DNA from: Verrucomicrobiaceae bacterium
Lineage (GTDB): Bacteria > Verrucomicrobiota > Verrucomicrobiia > Verrucomicrobiales > Akkermansiaceae
DNA length: 64,000 bases
NCBI GenBank assembly: GCA_051252135.1
Contig: JBPOGH010000004.1
Coordinates: forward strand, 96,001 to 160,000
Direction of reading: 5' to 3'
The notes under the pieces are model-generated. The model was not told the origin of the DNA. It was given only the letters and a program-made list of their open reading frames with translations, and did not search any database. Below, one piece after another: positions 10,082 to 20,278 of the stretch (the first letter of the stretch is position 1; every line of letters begins with the position of its first letter). A program made the position numbers and the translations under genes.

Positions 10082-10110
10082 CCCACAGAGACACTTTACC
10101 GACTTCATTT

Positions 10111-10572
10111 ATGGCAATTCAGATTCAGGCACAACGCGGCATCGTCGAGCACAAGCTCGATGCGAAGGGCCGTGTTTCGGTGCCGGTGACCTGGAGGCCT
10201 CCCACCGGTCAGTCGGTCTTTCTTCTGCGTGCCACCTCGTATGGTCAACCCGCGTTGCGGGTTCTGAGCGAGGACGCTTTTTCCCAGAAGCTTCAGCAGA
10301 TCGAAGAGGCCGAAGCGTTGACGCCCCGACAGAAGGACAACGCGACGGGGATGCTTTATGCGAATTCGGTAGAAGCCTCGGTGAACGAACAGGGGAAGCT
10401 CCTTGTTCCCAAAGCGTGGGCGGAAGAGCGCGAGCTCACGCTGCCAGGCGCAGTGACACTTGTGGGTCGCGGCAATCATTTCGAAATGCTCAGTCCCGCC
10501 AACGCCGAAGCCATGCAGGCCGCGGAAAAGGCGGAGAACGAAGAGCTCAACCAAATGCTCAATCTTTTCTAA
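10111..10572 (+). CDS. mraZ: Division/cell-wall cluster transcriptional regulator MraZ
   Basis: HKLDAKGRVSVP and VNEQGKLLVP (duplicated AbrB-like DxxGR motifs), VG.GNHFE; first gene of the dcw cluster. Confidence 0.9.
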   Translation: MAIQIQAQRGIVEHKLDAKGRVSVPVTWRPPTGQSVFLLRATSYGQPALRVLSEDAFSQKLQQIEEAEALTPRQKDNATGMLYANSVEASVNEQGKLLVPKAWAEERELTLPGAVTLVGRGNHFEMLSPANAEAMQAAEKAENEELNQMLNLF

Positions 10573-10601
10573 ACAGAACTATTTTTCACCATGTTGAAAA
10601 C

Positions 10602-11657
10602 ATGACGAATCCTCTTCCCATCCCGGTGTCGCCCGACTTTTGGTGGCTCAGCAGCTTCAACACTTGGCCCCTGCCTTGCGGAGCGACACCGGAGATGGAA
10701 GATTCGCTCATCAACAGAGAGACTCCTGCCGAGAACGGGGAGCAGCAATTTCACCACGATTCCGTTCTTCTTGAGGAAGTGGTCCATTATCTCGCCCCTG
10801 CCAAAGGGAAATTCTACATCGACGGGACTTTAGGTGGCGGCGGTCACACGGAAGCGCTCTTGCGCGATGGCGCGACGGTGAAGGGGATTGATCGTGATGC
10901 GGAGGCTCGTGCGTTTGCGAGCGAGCGGCTGAAGGAATTCGGAGATCGGTTTGAGGCTGTTGCCGGCCGTTACAGTGAGATGTCCAGAATCGCGGCAGAG
11001 CGGGGATGGCCCAAGGCCGATGGCATTTTGTTGGATATTGGAGTGTCGTCCTGGCAGATCGACGCTGCGAAGCGAGGGTTTTCGTTCCGCTTTGACGGCC
11101 CGCTCGACATGCGGATGGGTGAGAGTGAGCAAACCGCTGCGGATATTGTGAATTCGTGGAGCGATGAGGAGTTGGCAAAGATATTCCGGGAGCTAGGGGA
11201 AGAGAAATCGGCTTGGCGCATTGCGCAGTGGATCGTTTCCGAGCGCGAGGAGTCCCCCTTTGAGACGACCCTTCAACTTGCAGAGGGAATCGAGAAATTG
11301 ATTGGGCGTCGTGGCCGAATTCACCCTGCGACCAAGGTTTTTCAGGCCCTGAGGATGGTGGTGAATGATGAACTCGGGGAGTTGGAGACATTTTTACAAA
11401 CTGCCGCGGGGCTGTTGAAGCCGGGTGGCCGATTGGCAATCATCACTTTTCACAGTTTGGAGGACCGGATGGTGAAGCAGAACTTCCGCCAGTGTTCCCA
11501 GGAGACAATTGATCGCCGGGAGTGGCCGGCTCCCCGTCCCAATCCTGACTATTGTTATCGCCTGTTAACTCGAAAAGGAGTTGCGCCTGGCGGCAAAGAA
11601 GTTGAACGCAATGCCCGCGCCCGAAGCTCACGCCTCCGGGTGGTAGAAAGAATCTGA
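10602..11657 (+). CDS. rsmH: 16S rRNA m4C1402 methyltransferase RsmH (start 10602 or 10695)
   Basis: HDSVLLEEV, DGTLGGGGH, DIGVSSWQID...RGFSF..DGPLDMRM, HPAT.VFQALR..VN.EL, ITFHSLEDR.VK, N.RARSSRLR. Confidence 0.95.
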   Translation: MTNPLPIPVSPDFWWLSSFNTWPLPCGATPEMEDSLINRETPAENGEQQFHHDSVLLEEVVHYLAPAKGKFYIDGTLGGGGHTEALLRDGATVKGIDRDAEARAFASERLKEFGDRFEAVAGRYSEMSRIAAERGWPKADGILLDIGVSSWQIDAAKRGFSFRFDGPLDMRMGESEQTAADIVNSWSDEELAKIFRELGEEKSAWRIAQWIVSEREESPFETTLQLAEGIEKLIGRRGRIHPATKVFQALRMVVNDELGELETFLQTAAGLLKPGGRLAIITFHSLEDRMVKQNFRQCSQETIDRREWPAPRPNPDYCYRLLTRKGVAPGGKEVERNARARSSRLRVVERI

Positions 11658-11661
11658 CCTT

Positions 11662-12006
11662 ATGAACCGTCGTCGTCACACCTCCAATCTCAGTGTTCCC
11701 GCCTTGATCGTCCTTCTGGTGGCCGGAATCATTTTGTCCATCGGTGGTGTGACTTACGTGATGGTGAAGAACAAGCAGGTTTCACTGCGCGGCCAGATCA
11801 CCAAAGTGCAGAAGCGGATGGTGGAGCACAACGTGGCGATCACGATGCACAAATCGGACATCGAGCAGGAATTGGGAGTCTTCCAGCTTCGTGAAAAATT
11901 AACTCTGAACAAATCCCAACTTCAATCCATTCCGAAGGGAGTGGTGGAGGTATTGAACCCAACCGAGCCTGACCCACCTGCTTCAGATGCGGTGGCCAAG
12001 CGCTGA
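11662..12006 (+). CDS. ftsL: FtsL-like bitopic membrane protein
   Basis: Short basic N-terminus, one TM helix, then a predicted coiled segment; lies between rsmH and the class B PBP gene (assignment mainly by synteny). Confidence 0.6.
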   Translation: MNRRRHTSNLSVPALIVLLVAGIILSIGGVTYVMVKNKQVSLRGQITKVQKRMVEHNVAITMHKSDIEQELGVFQLREKLTLNKSQLQSIPKGVVEVLNPTEPDPPASDAVAKR

Positions 12007-12014
12007 CCGAAACC

Positions 12015-13910
12015 ATGGATAAATCACTTCGTAATCGTGCTGTGTTCGTCTGCCTGGTCCTTGTGGCCGGGCTGACTGCGCTATCAGCCCGGCTACTGGT
12101 GCTGCAATCCTGGGATCGAAAATTTTCCGAGAAAGGCCAGATTAACCGCTTCAAGATGACGGAGGTCCTGCCGGCTTCGCGCGGGTTGGTAGTGGATCGG
12201 CACAAGCAAATTCTCGCGCAGAACCGGCCGGAGGCGACGTTGATTGCGGATGCCAACCATCTTCGATTTGAGGATAATCTGACCTCGGCAGTGACTCACC
12301 GCTATGTCACCCAGCTTCCCGGATGGGAGACTTTTTCCTCCGATGAAAAGCAGAAAAAGTTTCGGGCTACGAAGGCGAGGGTTCGCAAGACGCTGACGGC
12401 TGAGGAGTTGCGTGCCGAACATCTCGACTATGCTCTGGGAGTTTTAGCCCGTGAGTTGCGCACTACGGAAGACGTCCTTCGGGAACGGATTGAGTCGGGA
12501 AAAAAGCGGATCATTGTGATGAAGGAGATTCGCGAGGATCAGGCGCGTCGAATCGAGTCGGAGCTGGAGAAACGGTATATTCAGGGGTTTTCCTTTGATC
12601 GTTCCCAGAAGCGTTTTTACCCCATGCCGGGAATGGCTCCCCACATTGTGGGTTTCGTCAATCACAAGGGAATCGGGCAAGCCGGGATTGAGCGGACGAT
12701 GCAGAAATATCTTCAGGGTCGGCCGGGAGAACGTCAGCTGAAGCGTGATGCCAACGGTCTCGTTCTCCTTACGGAAGCGGCAGCGATCCGTCCTCCCATT
12801 TTGGGGAAACATGTTCAACTTGCGCTGGATATCGGTATTCAGGCGATCGCGGAAGAAGAGCTCCAGTTGGCGATTGATCATTCCAGGGCGAAACGGGGCT
12901 GTATTATCATCGTGGATCCCCATACCGGTGATGTTTTGGCGATGGCCAATCGGCCTCATTACAATCTGAACACCCGGGAGGATTTCCAAGAGGGGGGGCA
13001 GAATTACGCGATGGAAGAGCAGTATGAGGCAGGGTCGGTGATGAAGATTGTGGCGATGTCCACAGCGCTGGACCGCCGGGTGGCAAATCGTAAAAGTGTC
13101 GTACATTGCGGATGGGGAAAGATCGAGCGGCCGGGAATCACGGTGCGGGATCACCACAATTACGGGGATTTGACTTTTGATCAGGTGCTGATGAAGTCGA
13201 GTAACCCGGGGGCCTTTCTGTTCGCGGAGAAGGTGGGGCGCGCCGCTTTTTACGAGTCGCTTGAGAACTTCGGATTTGGTGAGGAGACCGGGTTTCCGCT
13301 TCCCAATGAGGCCTCGGGACGGATTGCGGATCGCTCCAATATGCAGAATTTTGCGACGGCGACCTACGGCTATGGGGTCAGTGTGACCCCCCTGCAGTTG
13401 GCGATGGCGTACAGCGTTCTGGCCAATGGAGGAAAGTTGATGAAGCCAAGGCTGATCAAGTCGGTCATTGCCAACAACGGAATCGTGGTTGAGCGACGCA
13501 AGCCGGTTCTGGTGCGTCAGGTTGTGAACCAAAACACGGCTCGTGAGATGTGTCTTGCGCTGGAGCAGGTTGTTGCCGATGGCACGGGCCGTCGGGCCGC
13601 GATCCCGGGATATCGGGTGGGCGGCAAGACCGGAACGGCATGGAAGTATATTCCCGAGTTGAAGGGGTATGACCAGAATCGCTACACCCTTTCCTTTGCC
13701 GGAATGGTGCCCGCCCACGATCCGAAATTTGTCGCGGTGGTGGTGATTGATGATCCGTCCTTTGATGATCCCGAGGCGCAGATTGGCGGAGGCACGGTGG
13801 CGGCTCCTGTTTTCAAGCGAGTCGCCGAACGAGTGGTGGATTTGCTTAACATCGATCCTACCGAGCCTATCGAACTGAACCCCAGCGAAGTGGCAACCAC
13901 CTCCAACTAA
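12015..13910 (+). CDS. ftsI: Class B penicillin-binding protein (FtsI/PBP3-like transpeptidase)
   Basis: N-terminal TM; RG.V.DR, R.YP, G.AGIE; catalytic SxxK (SVMK), SxN (SSN), KTG. Confidence 0.92.
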   Translation: MDKSLRNRAVFVCLVLVAGLTALSARLLVLQSWDRKFSEKGQINRFKMTEVLPASRGLVVDRHKQILAQNRPEATLIADANHLRFEDNLTSAVTHRYVTQLPGWETFSSDEKQKKFRATKARVRKTLTAEELRAEHLDYALGVLARELRTTEDVLRERIESGKKRIIVMKEIREDQARRIESELEKRYIQGFSFDRSQKRFYPMPGMAPHIVGFVNHKGIGQAGIERTMQKYLQGRPGERQLKRDANGLVLLTEAAAIRPPILGKHVQLALDIGIQAIAEEELQLAIDHSRAKRGCIIIVDPHTGDVLAMANRPHYNLNTREDFQEGGQNYAMEEQYEAGSVMKIVAMSTALDRRVANRKSVVHCGWGKIERPGITVRDHHNYGDLTFDQVLMKSSNPGAFLFAEKVGRAAFYESLENFGFGEETGFPLPNEASGRIADRSNMQNFATATYGYGVSVTPLQLAMAYSVLANGGKLMKPRLIKSVIANNGIVVERRKPVLVRQVVNQNTAREMCLALEQVVADGTGRRAAIPGYRVGGKTGTAWKYIPELKGYDQNRYTLSFAGMVPAHDPKFVAVVVIDDPSFDDPEAQIGGGTVAAPVFKRVAERVVDLLNIDPTEPIELNPSEVATTSN

Positions 13911-13918
13911 ATTTTTTA

Positions 13919-15520
13919 ATGAATCTTTCCTACCTGTTAGAAGTATTGCCCGAAGCCTCGCGTCTTCGGATCGAGGATGTTTCTGTGGCCGGGGTGACCG
14001 ACCACAGTGGGCGTGTGGAGTCGGATTCGGTTTTTGTTGCCGTGAAGGGGTCCCAGGCAGACGGGCATGACTACCTGGATCAAGTGATCTTGAAACGCCC
14101 GGCGGCCATCGTGGCCGAGCGCAAGGCTCCGGCCGACTATTCCGGACTCTGGATTCAAGTGGCCAATTCCCGGAAGGCATTGGGACGGCTTGCCGCGCAA
14201 TTCGCCGATCATCCCGGAGCGGCGATGAAGTGCGTTGCGATCACGGGGACGAACGGCAAGACCTCGGTGACTCATTTCGTGCAGTTTTTGCTTAATGAGT
14301 TCATGATCAGGACCGGCATGATCGGGACGGTGAGGGTGCACGACGGGAAGGAGCTTCGTGATGCCACACACACCACGCCGGGAGCGCTTGAAATGCAGGA
14401 GATTCTTTCGACGATGCGCGAGAATGGCTGCAAGGCGGTGGTGATGGAAACATCCTCCCACGGATTGGAGCAAGGGCGGACCGAGGGGATTCCGTTCCGA
14501 GTGGGAGTGTTCACCAATCTGACGCAGGATCATCTGGATTACCACGGATCGATGGAAACCTACTTCGAGGCCAAGAAGCTCCTTTTTGAGCAAATGGCCG
14601 AGGAGGGTAAGGACGGGGTGGCGGTGATCAATATTGATGATGCTTACGGCCAGAAACTGGCTGATGAATTTGCGGGGCGACTGAAGGTAACGACCTACGG
14701 ATTTAGCTCCAAGGCGGACTTCAGCATAGGTGACGTCTGGCCCAGCTTTAAGGGTCAGGAATTTGCGCTCACGGCCAATGGGCGTCAGTATTTGGTGCGT
14801 TTTCCTTATGTGGGACGTTTTAATGCCCAGAATGCGGTGGCGGCGCTGGCGGTGATTTCGGGTCTTGGTTTGCGGGTCCGTGACGCGATCAAATACCTTC
14901 CGGAAACTCCGCAGACCCCGGGTCGGATGGAGAACGTGGGCGGGGACCGGTTTGCGGTGATTGTGGACTACGCCCATACACCTGATGCCTTGGCCAAGAC
15001 TTGTGAGACTCTTCGTGAGTTGAATCCAAGTCGTCTGATCACGGTCTTTGGTTGCGGCGGCGACCGGGACCGGACCAAGCGTCCTTTGATGGGAGAGGCT
15101 GCGGCGAAATACAGTGATCGTCTCTTTATTACTTCCGACAATCCACGGAGTGAGGTGGCCTTTGAGATTCTCAATGACATTCTTCCCGGCGTGGGAGGGA
15201 CACCCCACGAACTGATTGTGGATCGGGGTGAGGCGATTGCGCGGGCAATCGAGATGGCTCTGCCCCGTGACATTATTTTGATCGCAGGCAAGGGGCATGA
15301 AAATTATCAGGAGATCAATGGCGAGCGTCGTCACTTTGATGATCGTGAGCATGCCCGCAAAGCGCTGGTGGTTTATTCGAAGAAGAAAGAGGCGGAATAC
15401 GAGGAACGGCAGCGGCAACGTGATGAAGAGGATCGCAAGAATTCATCCGAAGATGAGATCGAGCCGCGTGAATCGGGGGAGATCAGAATTTACCGGCGGA
15501 AGGACAAAGAACAGGAATGA
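13919..15520 (+). CDS. murE: UDP-MurNAc-L-Ala-D-Glu:meso-DAP ligase
   Basis: ITGTNGKTS, HTTP, METSSHGLEQ.R, FTNLTQDHLDYH, VDYAHTPDA, FGCGGDRD..KRP.MG, DNPR (DAP-type), AGKGHENYQ. Confidence 0.97.
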   Translation: MNLSYLLEVLPEASRLRIEDVSVAGVTDHSGRVESDSVFVAVKGSQADGHDYLDQVILKRPAAIVAERKAPADYSGLWIQVANSRKALGRLAAQFADHPGAAMKCVAITGTNGKTSVTHFVQFLLNEFMIRTGMIGTVRVHDGKELRDATHTTPGALEMQEILSTMRENGCKAVVMETSSHGLEQGRTEGIPFRVGVFTNLTQDHLDYHGSMETYFEAKKLLFEQMAEEGKDGVAVINIDDAYGQKLADEFAGRLKVTTYGFSSKADFSIGDVWPSFKGQEFALTANGRQYLVRFPYVGRFNAQNAVAALAVISGLGLRVRDAIKYLPETPQTPGRMENVGGDRFAVIVDYAHTPDALAKTCETLRELNPSRLITVFGCGGDRDRTKRPLMGEAAAKYSDRLFITSDNPRSEVAFEILNDILPGVGGTPHELIVDRGEAIARAIEMALPRDIILIAGKGHENYQEINGERRHFDDREHARKALVVYSKKKEAEYEERQRQRDEEDRKNSSEDEIEPRESGEIRIYRRKDKEQE

Positions 15521-16884
15521 AGCATTACACTCTCCAGACACTCGCTGACGCGATGGGTGGCACGCTGCATGGGCAGGGTGGGGGAGAGCTTGTGGTGACG
15601 GGCGGGGTGTCGACCGACACGCGATCGATTGGAGAGGGTGCGCTTTTCTTCGCTCTGCGGGGGGAGAACTTCGATGCGCATGATTTTTTGGATAAGGCGG
15701 GAGCGGCGATTGCTCTGGTGGTGGATCGGGCCGAGATGGTTCCGGTAGGGCGTGAGGCAATTGTGGTGAAGGATACCCTTTCCGGACTTCAGCGTCTGGC
15801 TTATTGGTATCGGCGTGAATTGGGGATTCGGGTGGTCGCGATCACCGGGTCGAACGGGAAGACGTCGACCAAGGATCTGACCAAGGCGGTTCTGGGGCAA
15901 AAATTCCGCGTGAATGCGACCTTGGGTAATTTCAATAATCACATTGGACTTCCGCTGACGGTTCTGGCGACCGAGGAGGAGCACGAGGTGGGTATTTTTG
16001 AAATGGGGATGAATCATTCCGGTGAGTTGGCGCCGCTTTGTGAGATTGCCCGTCCGGATATTTCCATCATCACCAATGTGGGGACGGCCCATATTGAGAA
16101 CATGGGGAGTCGCGAAGCGATTGCGGAAGAAAAAGGAGCGGTGGCCCGTGCTTTGGGTTCGAACGGGACATTGTTGATTCCTGCCGATTGTGAATTTATT
16201 GAGCAATATCGCGGACGGACGCAGGGCAAGATCGTGATCGTGGGCAATGGGCGGGGAAGTGTGCGGGCGGAGAATCTTGAGACCGGGATATCCGGGTCGA
16301 CCTTTGATCTCGTGATTGACGGGGTGGGTCGGGTGAGGGCAGCGATACCGGTAGCCGGAAAGCACATGGTGAGCAACGCGCTTCTGGCAGCGGGAACCGG
16401 TCATGTTCTTGGTATGACCCTGGAAGAGATTGCCGCCGGTTTGGCAGCTGCCGAGTTGACCGGCGGTCGACTTCGACAGTTCGATAAAGATGGCGTTCTG
16501 GTGATCGATGATACTTACAATGCCAATCCCGAGTCGATCACGGCCGGATTGGAAACCCTGGCAGCACTTCCGTTGAATGGTGGCGTGCGGCATGCGGTGC
16601 TCGGGATTATGGCCGAGCAGGGTGATCATGCGGCTGCCGCCTACCGGAAGATAGGCAAGCTGGCGGCTGATCTTGGACTGCATCTTGTGATTGTGGGGCA
16701 AGAGGCCTCGACGATGGATGAAGCGGCCCGCGAGGCCGGAGGGTCCTCCAACTTTTTTAAGGAAGCGGCCGAGGCAGCCAGCTTTCTCCAATCAACCGCC
16801 GCTCCGGGTGACGCTATCCTTTTCAAAGGATCTCGCGCCGCTGCGATGGAGCGGGTCATGAACATCGCTTTTCCCCAAAATTAA
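15517..16884 (+). CDS. murF: UDP-MurNAc-tripeptide:D-Ala-D-Ala ligase
   Basis: GENFDAHDF, ITGSNGKTSTKD, NFNNHIGLPLT, EMGMNH.GE, DDTYNANP.S, KGSR. Confidence 0.97.
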   Translation: MKHYTLQTLADAMGGTLHGQGGGELVVTGGVSTDTRSIGEGALFFALRGENFDAHDFLDKAGAAIALVVDRAEMVPVGREAIVVKDTLSGLQRLAYWYRRELGIRVVAITGSNGKTSTKDLTKAVLGQKFRVNATLGNFNNHIGLPLTVLATEEEHEVGIFEMGMNHSGELAPLCEIARPDISIITNVGTAHIENMGSREAIAEEKGAVARALGSNGTLLIPADCEFIEQYRGRTQGKIVIVGNGRGSVRAENLETGISGSTFDLVIDGVGRVRAAIPVAGKHMVSNALLAAGTGHVLGMTLEEIAAGLAAAELTGGRLRQFDKDGVLVIDDTYNANPESITAGLETLAALPLNGGVRHAVLGIMAEQGDHAAAAYRKIGKLAADLGLHLVIVGQEASTMDEAAREAGGSSNFFKEAAEAASFLQSTAAPGDAILFKGSRAAAMERVMNIAFPQN

Positions 16885-18057
16885 ATGCTCCACTGGATTT
16901 ACACTATATGGAAGGACGCTCAGGCCGCTGGTGCCGAGTGGGCCGATACGTTTTCGTTTCTTCGTTTGCTGGGTTACATCACGCTGCGTGCCGGGTTGGC
17001 GGCATCCTTTGCCTTTGGCCTGAGTCTTGTCTTCGGTGGCCGGATTATCCGGAAGTTGATTTCGCTTAAAGTGGGCCAACCGATTCGGACGGCGGAGGAG
17101 GTTCATAAGCTTGCCGAGTTGCATGGCGGGAAAGCGGGGACTCCGACGATGGGCGGTATTATGATTCTGGGCACGGTGGTGGTCGCGGTCGCGCTTTGCG
17201 CCAACATGGCCAACCCCTTTGTGTTGGTGGTTCTGGCGGTGACTCTTGCTTTGGGAGTTTTGGGATTTCTTGATGACTACAAAAAGATCGTGGAGAAAAG
17301 CTCCGATGGGGTGAGCGGGAGGTTGAAGCTTGCCTGGCAGGCGGTTGTGGGTCTGGGCGCCGCGCTGTTTCTTTATTACAATCCCCAGACGAGCGAGTAT
17401 CTCTTTTTCTCAGGTGGCGAAGCGGGAGCGGTGCAGACGGTGAAGGTGACTTCACTCAGTTTTCCGCTGCTGACCTTTGTGGTTCCGCTTGGCTTGCTGG
17501 CTATTCCGTTTTTTGTGGCGTTGTTGGTGGGGACCTCGAACGCGGTGAACCTCACGGACGGGCTCGATGGTTTGGCGATCGGGGTGACGGTCACGGTGGC
17601 GATGGCCTACGCGATTGTATGCTATCTTTCCGGGACGCAACCTGCGGCCGAGTATCTTCATATCTACTTCAACAAGAGTCTCGCCGAGCTATCGGTGGTG
17701 ATGATGGCGTTGGTGGGTGCGGGGCTTGGATTTCTTTGGTTCAACTGTCATCCGGCGAAAGTCTTTATGGGCGACACCGGTTCGCTGGCAATCGGTGGAG
17801 CGATCGGGATGACGGCGATTTGCGCAAAGCAGGAGCTGCTTCTGGTGATCATCGGCGGGGTGTTTGTGATGGAGGCGCTTTCAGTGATTCTGCAGGTCGG
17901 GTCCTTCAAGCTGCGGGGTAAGCGCATTTTTGCGATGTCGCCGATCCACCACCATTTTGAACTTCGGGGCTGGCATGAAAACCAGGTCATCATTCGTTTT
18001 TGGATTCTTTCCATTCTGCTCGGGATGGGTGGGATCGCTCTTTTAAAAGTCATCTAA
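16885..18057 (+). CDS. mraY: Phospho-N-acetylmuramoyl-pentapeptide transferase
   Basis: KAGTPTMGG, GFLDDY.K, NAVNLTDGLDGL, FN.HPAKVFMGDTGS, PIHHHFE. Confidence 0.98.
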   Translation: MLHWIYTIWKDAQAAGAEWADTFSFLRLLGYITLRAGLAASFAFGLSLVFGGRIIRKLISLKVGQPIRTAEEVHKLAELHGGKAGTPTMGGIMILGTVVVAVALCANMANPFVLVVLAVTLALGVLGFLDDYKKIVEKSSDGVSGRLKLAWQAVVGLGAALFLYYNPQTSEYLFFSGGEAGAVQTVKVTSLSFPLLTFVVPLGLLAIPFFVALLVGTSNAVNLTDGLDGLAIGVTVTVAMAYAIVCYLSGTQPAAEYLHIYFNKSLAELSVVMMALVGAGLGFLWFNCHPAKVFMGDTGSLAIGGAIGMTAICAKQELLLVIIGGVFVMEALSVILQVGSFKLRGKRIFAMSPIHHHFELRGWHENQVIIRFWILSILLGMGGIALLKVI

Positions 18058-19367
18058 TGCTCGAACTTTACGGTCAGACAGTTGCCATTCTTGGCGCAGG
18101 ACGCAGCGGGTTGGCCGCGGCGAAGCTTGCGTGCCAGTGTGGTGGCGAGGTCACGGTATTTGATTCCCGGGGTGCGGAGGTGTTTGCCTCGTTTCCGGCG
18201 GACATTGCGACCTGTGCGAAGGCGACGCCCGAGACTGCGAGCGGAAAGAACTTTGATCTCGTGGTGGTGAGTCCGGGGATCGAAACCCACGGTGATTTTG
18301 TGCAAGCGTTTGCACAGAACAGTGGAGCGTTGTGGGGAGAGATTGAATTGGGCTGGCGTTGCTTCGATGGCGTGACCATCGGGATTACCGGGACCAATGG
18401 AAAGACCACGACCACCGAGCTGGTTGACCTTCTGGTGCGTGCCACCGGGAAATCATGTGCTCCCTGCGGGAATTACGGAGTGCCCCTTTGCGAGATTGTC
18501 CTGCGAGACGAGGTGCCTGAGGTGGTGGCTCTTGAGTTGAGTTCGTTCCAACTGGAGACCATTGTTGATTTCAAGCCCGATGCGGTAATTTGGCTGAATT
18601 TCTCGGCGGATCACATGGATCGTTACGAGTCGTTGATGGAATATTTTGAGGCCAAGCAGCGAATCTTCAAGAATATCGATAACGACACTCCGGTGGTGAT
18701 TCGACAGGGTGAGACCTTGCTGTCCCTGCCCGGTCTGAAGGGTGAGGTTACGACCTTCGCTTCCGAGGAAGAGGCCGACTGGTCGCTTGACGGAGACAAC
18801 ATTCTCAAAGGTGGGCAGCCCTTTATCGCGATGAGCGGGACAAAGCTTCGCGGGCTTCACAATGCCGAGAATCTGATGGCGGCCTGTGCGGTGATTGACG
18901 GGCTCACGGCGGAGGTGGCTGAGAAAGCTTTAAGGGATTATGCGCCTCCGGTTCATCGTTGTGAGTTGGTTCGCATTCTCGATGACGTCGAATGGATCAA
19001 CGATTCGAAGGCGACGAATCTTCATGCTCTGGAATCGGCTCTGCGGTCCCAGGTGCGTCCCACGGTCCTGCTCGCCGGAGGGAAACAAAAAGGCCTCAAT
19101 TACGAACCGCTTAAGGAGCTTCTCGAAGCGAAAGTGGTGCAGGCGGTTTTCTATGGAGAGATCGGCCCTGCGTTGGCGGTGACCTTCTTCGACGTCGTTC
19201 CTACGGAGACTGTCGATACCCTTGATGAGGCGGTCAAATTTGCGGCGCAAAACGCGACTTCCGGGCAGACCGTGCTGCTCTCTCCGGGCACCTCATCCTT
19301 TGATCAATTTTCCGGCTATGAAGAACGTGGAGACGTTTTCAAAGCCTCAGTTCTTGCCCTTCACTAA
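18057..19367 (+). CDS. murD: UDP-MurNAc-L-Ala:D-Glu ligase
   Basis: LGAGRSG, VVSPG, ITGTNGKTTT, ELSSFQL, DHMDRY, NDSKATN, LSPG.SSFDQF..YEERG. Start ATG overlaps the mraY stop (TAATG). Confidence 0.96.
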   Translation: MLELYGQTVAILGAGRSGLAAAKLACQCGGEVTVFDSRGAEVFASFPADIATCAKATPETASGKNFDLVVVSPGIETHGDFVQAFAQNSGALWGEIELGWRCFDGVTIGITGTNGKTTTTELVDLLVRATGKSCAPCGNYGVPLCEIVLRDEVPEVVALELSSFQLETIVDFKPDAVIWLNFSADHMDRYESLMEYFEAKQRIFKNIDNDTPVVIRQGETLLSLPGLKGEVTTFASEEEADWSLDGDNILKGGQPFIAMSGTKLRGLHNAENLMAACAVIDGLTAEVAEKALRDYAPPVHRCELVRILDDVEWINDSKATNLHALESALRSQVRPTVLLAGGKQKGLNYEPLKELLEAKVVQAVFYGEIGPALAVTFFDVVPTETVDTLDEAVKFAAQNATSGQTVLLSPGTSSFDQFSGYEERGDVFKASVLALH

Positions 19368-19392
19368 AGTAACCAATCATCCAACCCAACCC

Positions 19393-20274
19393 ATGATGAA
19401 ACCCAACCTGACCTTGCAAACAAAACGAACGAAGCCCAAAGGTTCAGCCTTTAGGATTCTCAACGCTGCGACCGGTAACCGGAAGAAGCGCAAACAACGT
19501 GCCGCGACTGCGACGGCTGATGATCTTGGCGAAGTGCCGGGAGTCGGAGTGGCCCGAGCTCTCGTGGTGATCCTTCTTTTACATGTCGTCGCCATCGGAG
19601 GCATCTGGCTCCACAACAAATGGAGCAATGAAAACAATCTCGAAGCCACCCCGGCCGCGGCGGTTACGGCATCGCCGGAAGTGAAGCCGAATCTTATTCC
19701 GGGAGGGAAGCACTACTTTGTTGAGCGGGGAGATAATTATCTCAATATTGCTCGGAAACACGGTGTCGATGTTGAGGCTCTTAAAAAGGCCAACAATGCG
19801 GCGGCGCTGAGCCCCGGATTGAAGATCAATGTTCCTCCCCGCAGAGTGGAATCGACGATGCCATCCGAGGCGGTCATTGGTCATCAGACTCCGGCAGTGA
19901 TTCCGGTGGAATCGACTCCGGCAGTCCGGCCGGTGGAGCGTCCGGTGATCCAGCCGAACGATACAGATGTGATTGGCAATTCAACTCCCGGTGCGATGGT
20001 GCAGGTGGAGTCAACGCCTCCGGCGCGGACCTCGGCCCCCGAGAGCCAGCCTTTGTTGATCAAGCCCCGCATTCGCCATGACAAACCGATTCCCAAGGCT
20101 ATTCCGGTAGCGGAACCGCTTTCGGGCAAGGTTCACACCGTGGTGAAGGGTGACAGTATCTGGAGGCTTTCGAAGAAATACGGGGTGTCCCAGGACAGCC
20201 TGTTGAAAGCCAACGGGATCAGCGATCCCTCCAAGATTCGTCTTGGAGCCAAATTGAATATTCCTGCCCAGTAA
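19393..20274 (+). CDS. Membrane-anchored protein with two LysM peptidoglycan-binding domains
   Basis: One TM helix; YFVERGDNYLNIARKHGV and HTVVKGDSIWRLSKKYGV LysM repeats separated by a Pro-rich linker. Confidence 0.9.
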   Translation: MMKPNLTLQTKRTKPKGSAFRILNAATGNRKKRKQRAATATADDLGEVPGVGVARALVVILLLHVVAIGGIWLHNKWSNENNLEATPAAAVTASPEVKPNLIPGGKHYFVERGDNYLNIARKHGVDVEALKKANNAAALSPGLKINVPPRRVESTMPSEAVIGHQTPAVIPVESTPAVRPVERPVIQPNDTDVIGNSTPGAMVQVESTPPARTSAPESQPLLIKPRIRHDKPIPKAIPVAEPLSGKVHTVVKGDSIWRLSKKYGVSQDSLLKANGISDPSKIRLGAKLNIPAQ

Positions 20275-20278
20275 AATC

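Noticed and set aside
9936..10601. 573-aa RsmH with a long N-terminus overlapping mraZ
   Set aside because: The upstream part overlaps the genuine mraZ in another frame and reads as non-protein-like; the real start is at 10602 or later.
12444..15418. Long minus-strand ORFs (578 aa, 493 aa) opposite ftsI/murE, and similar long antisense ORFs throughout the window
   Set aside because: Shadow ORFs opposite well-conserved genes, caused by high GC and codon bias; no motifs.
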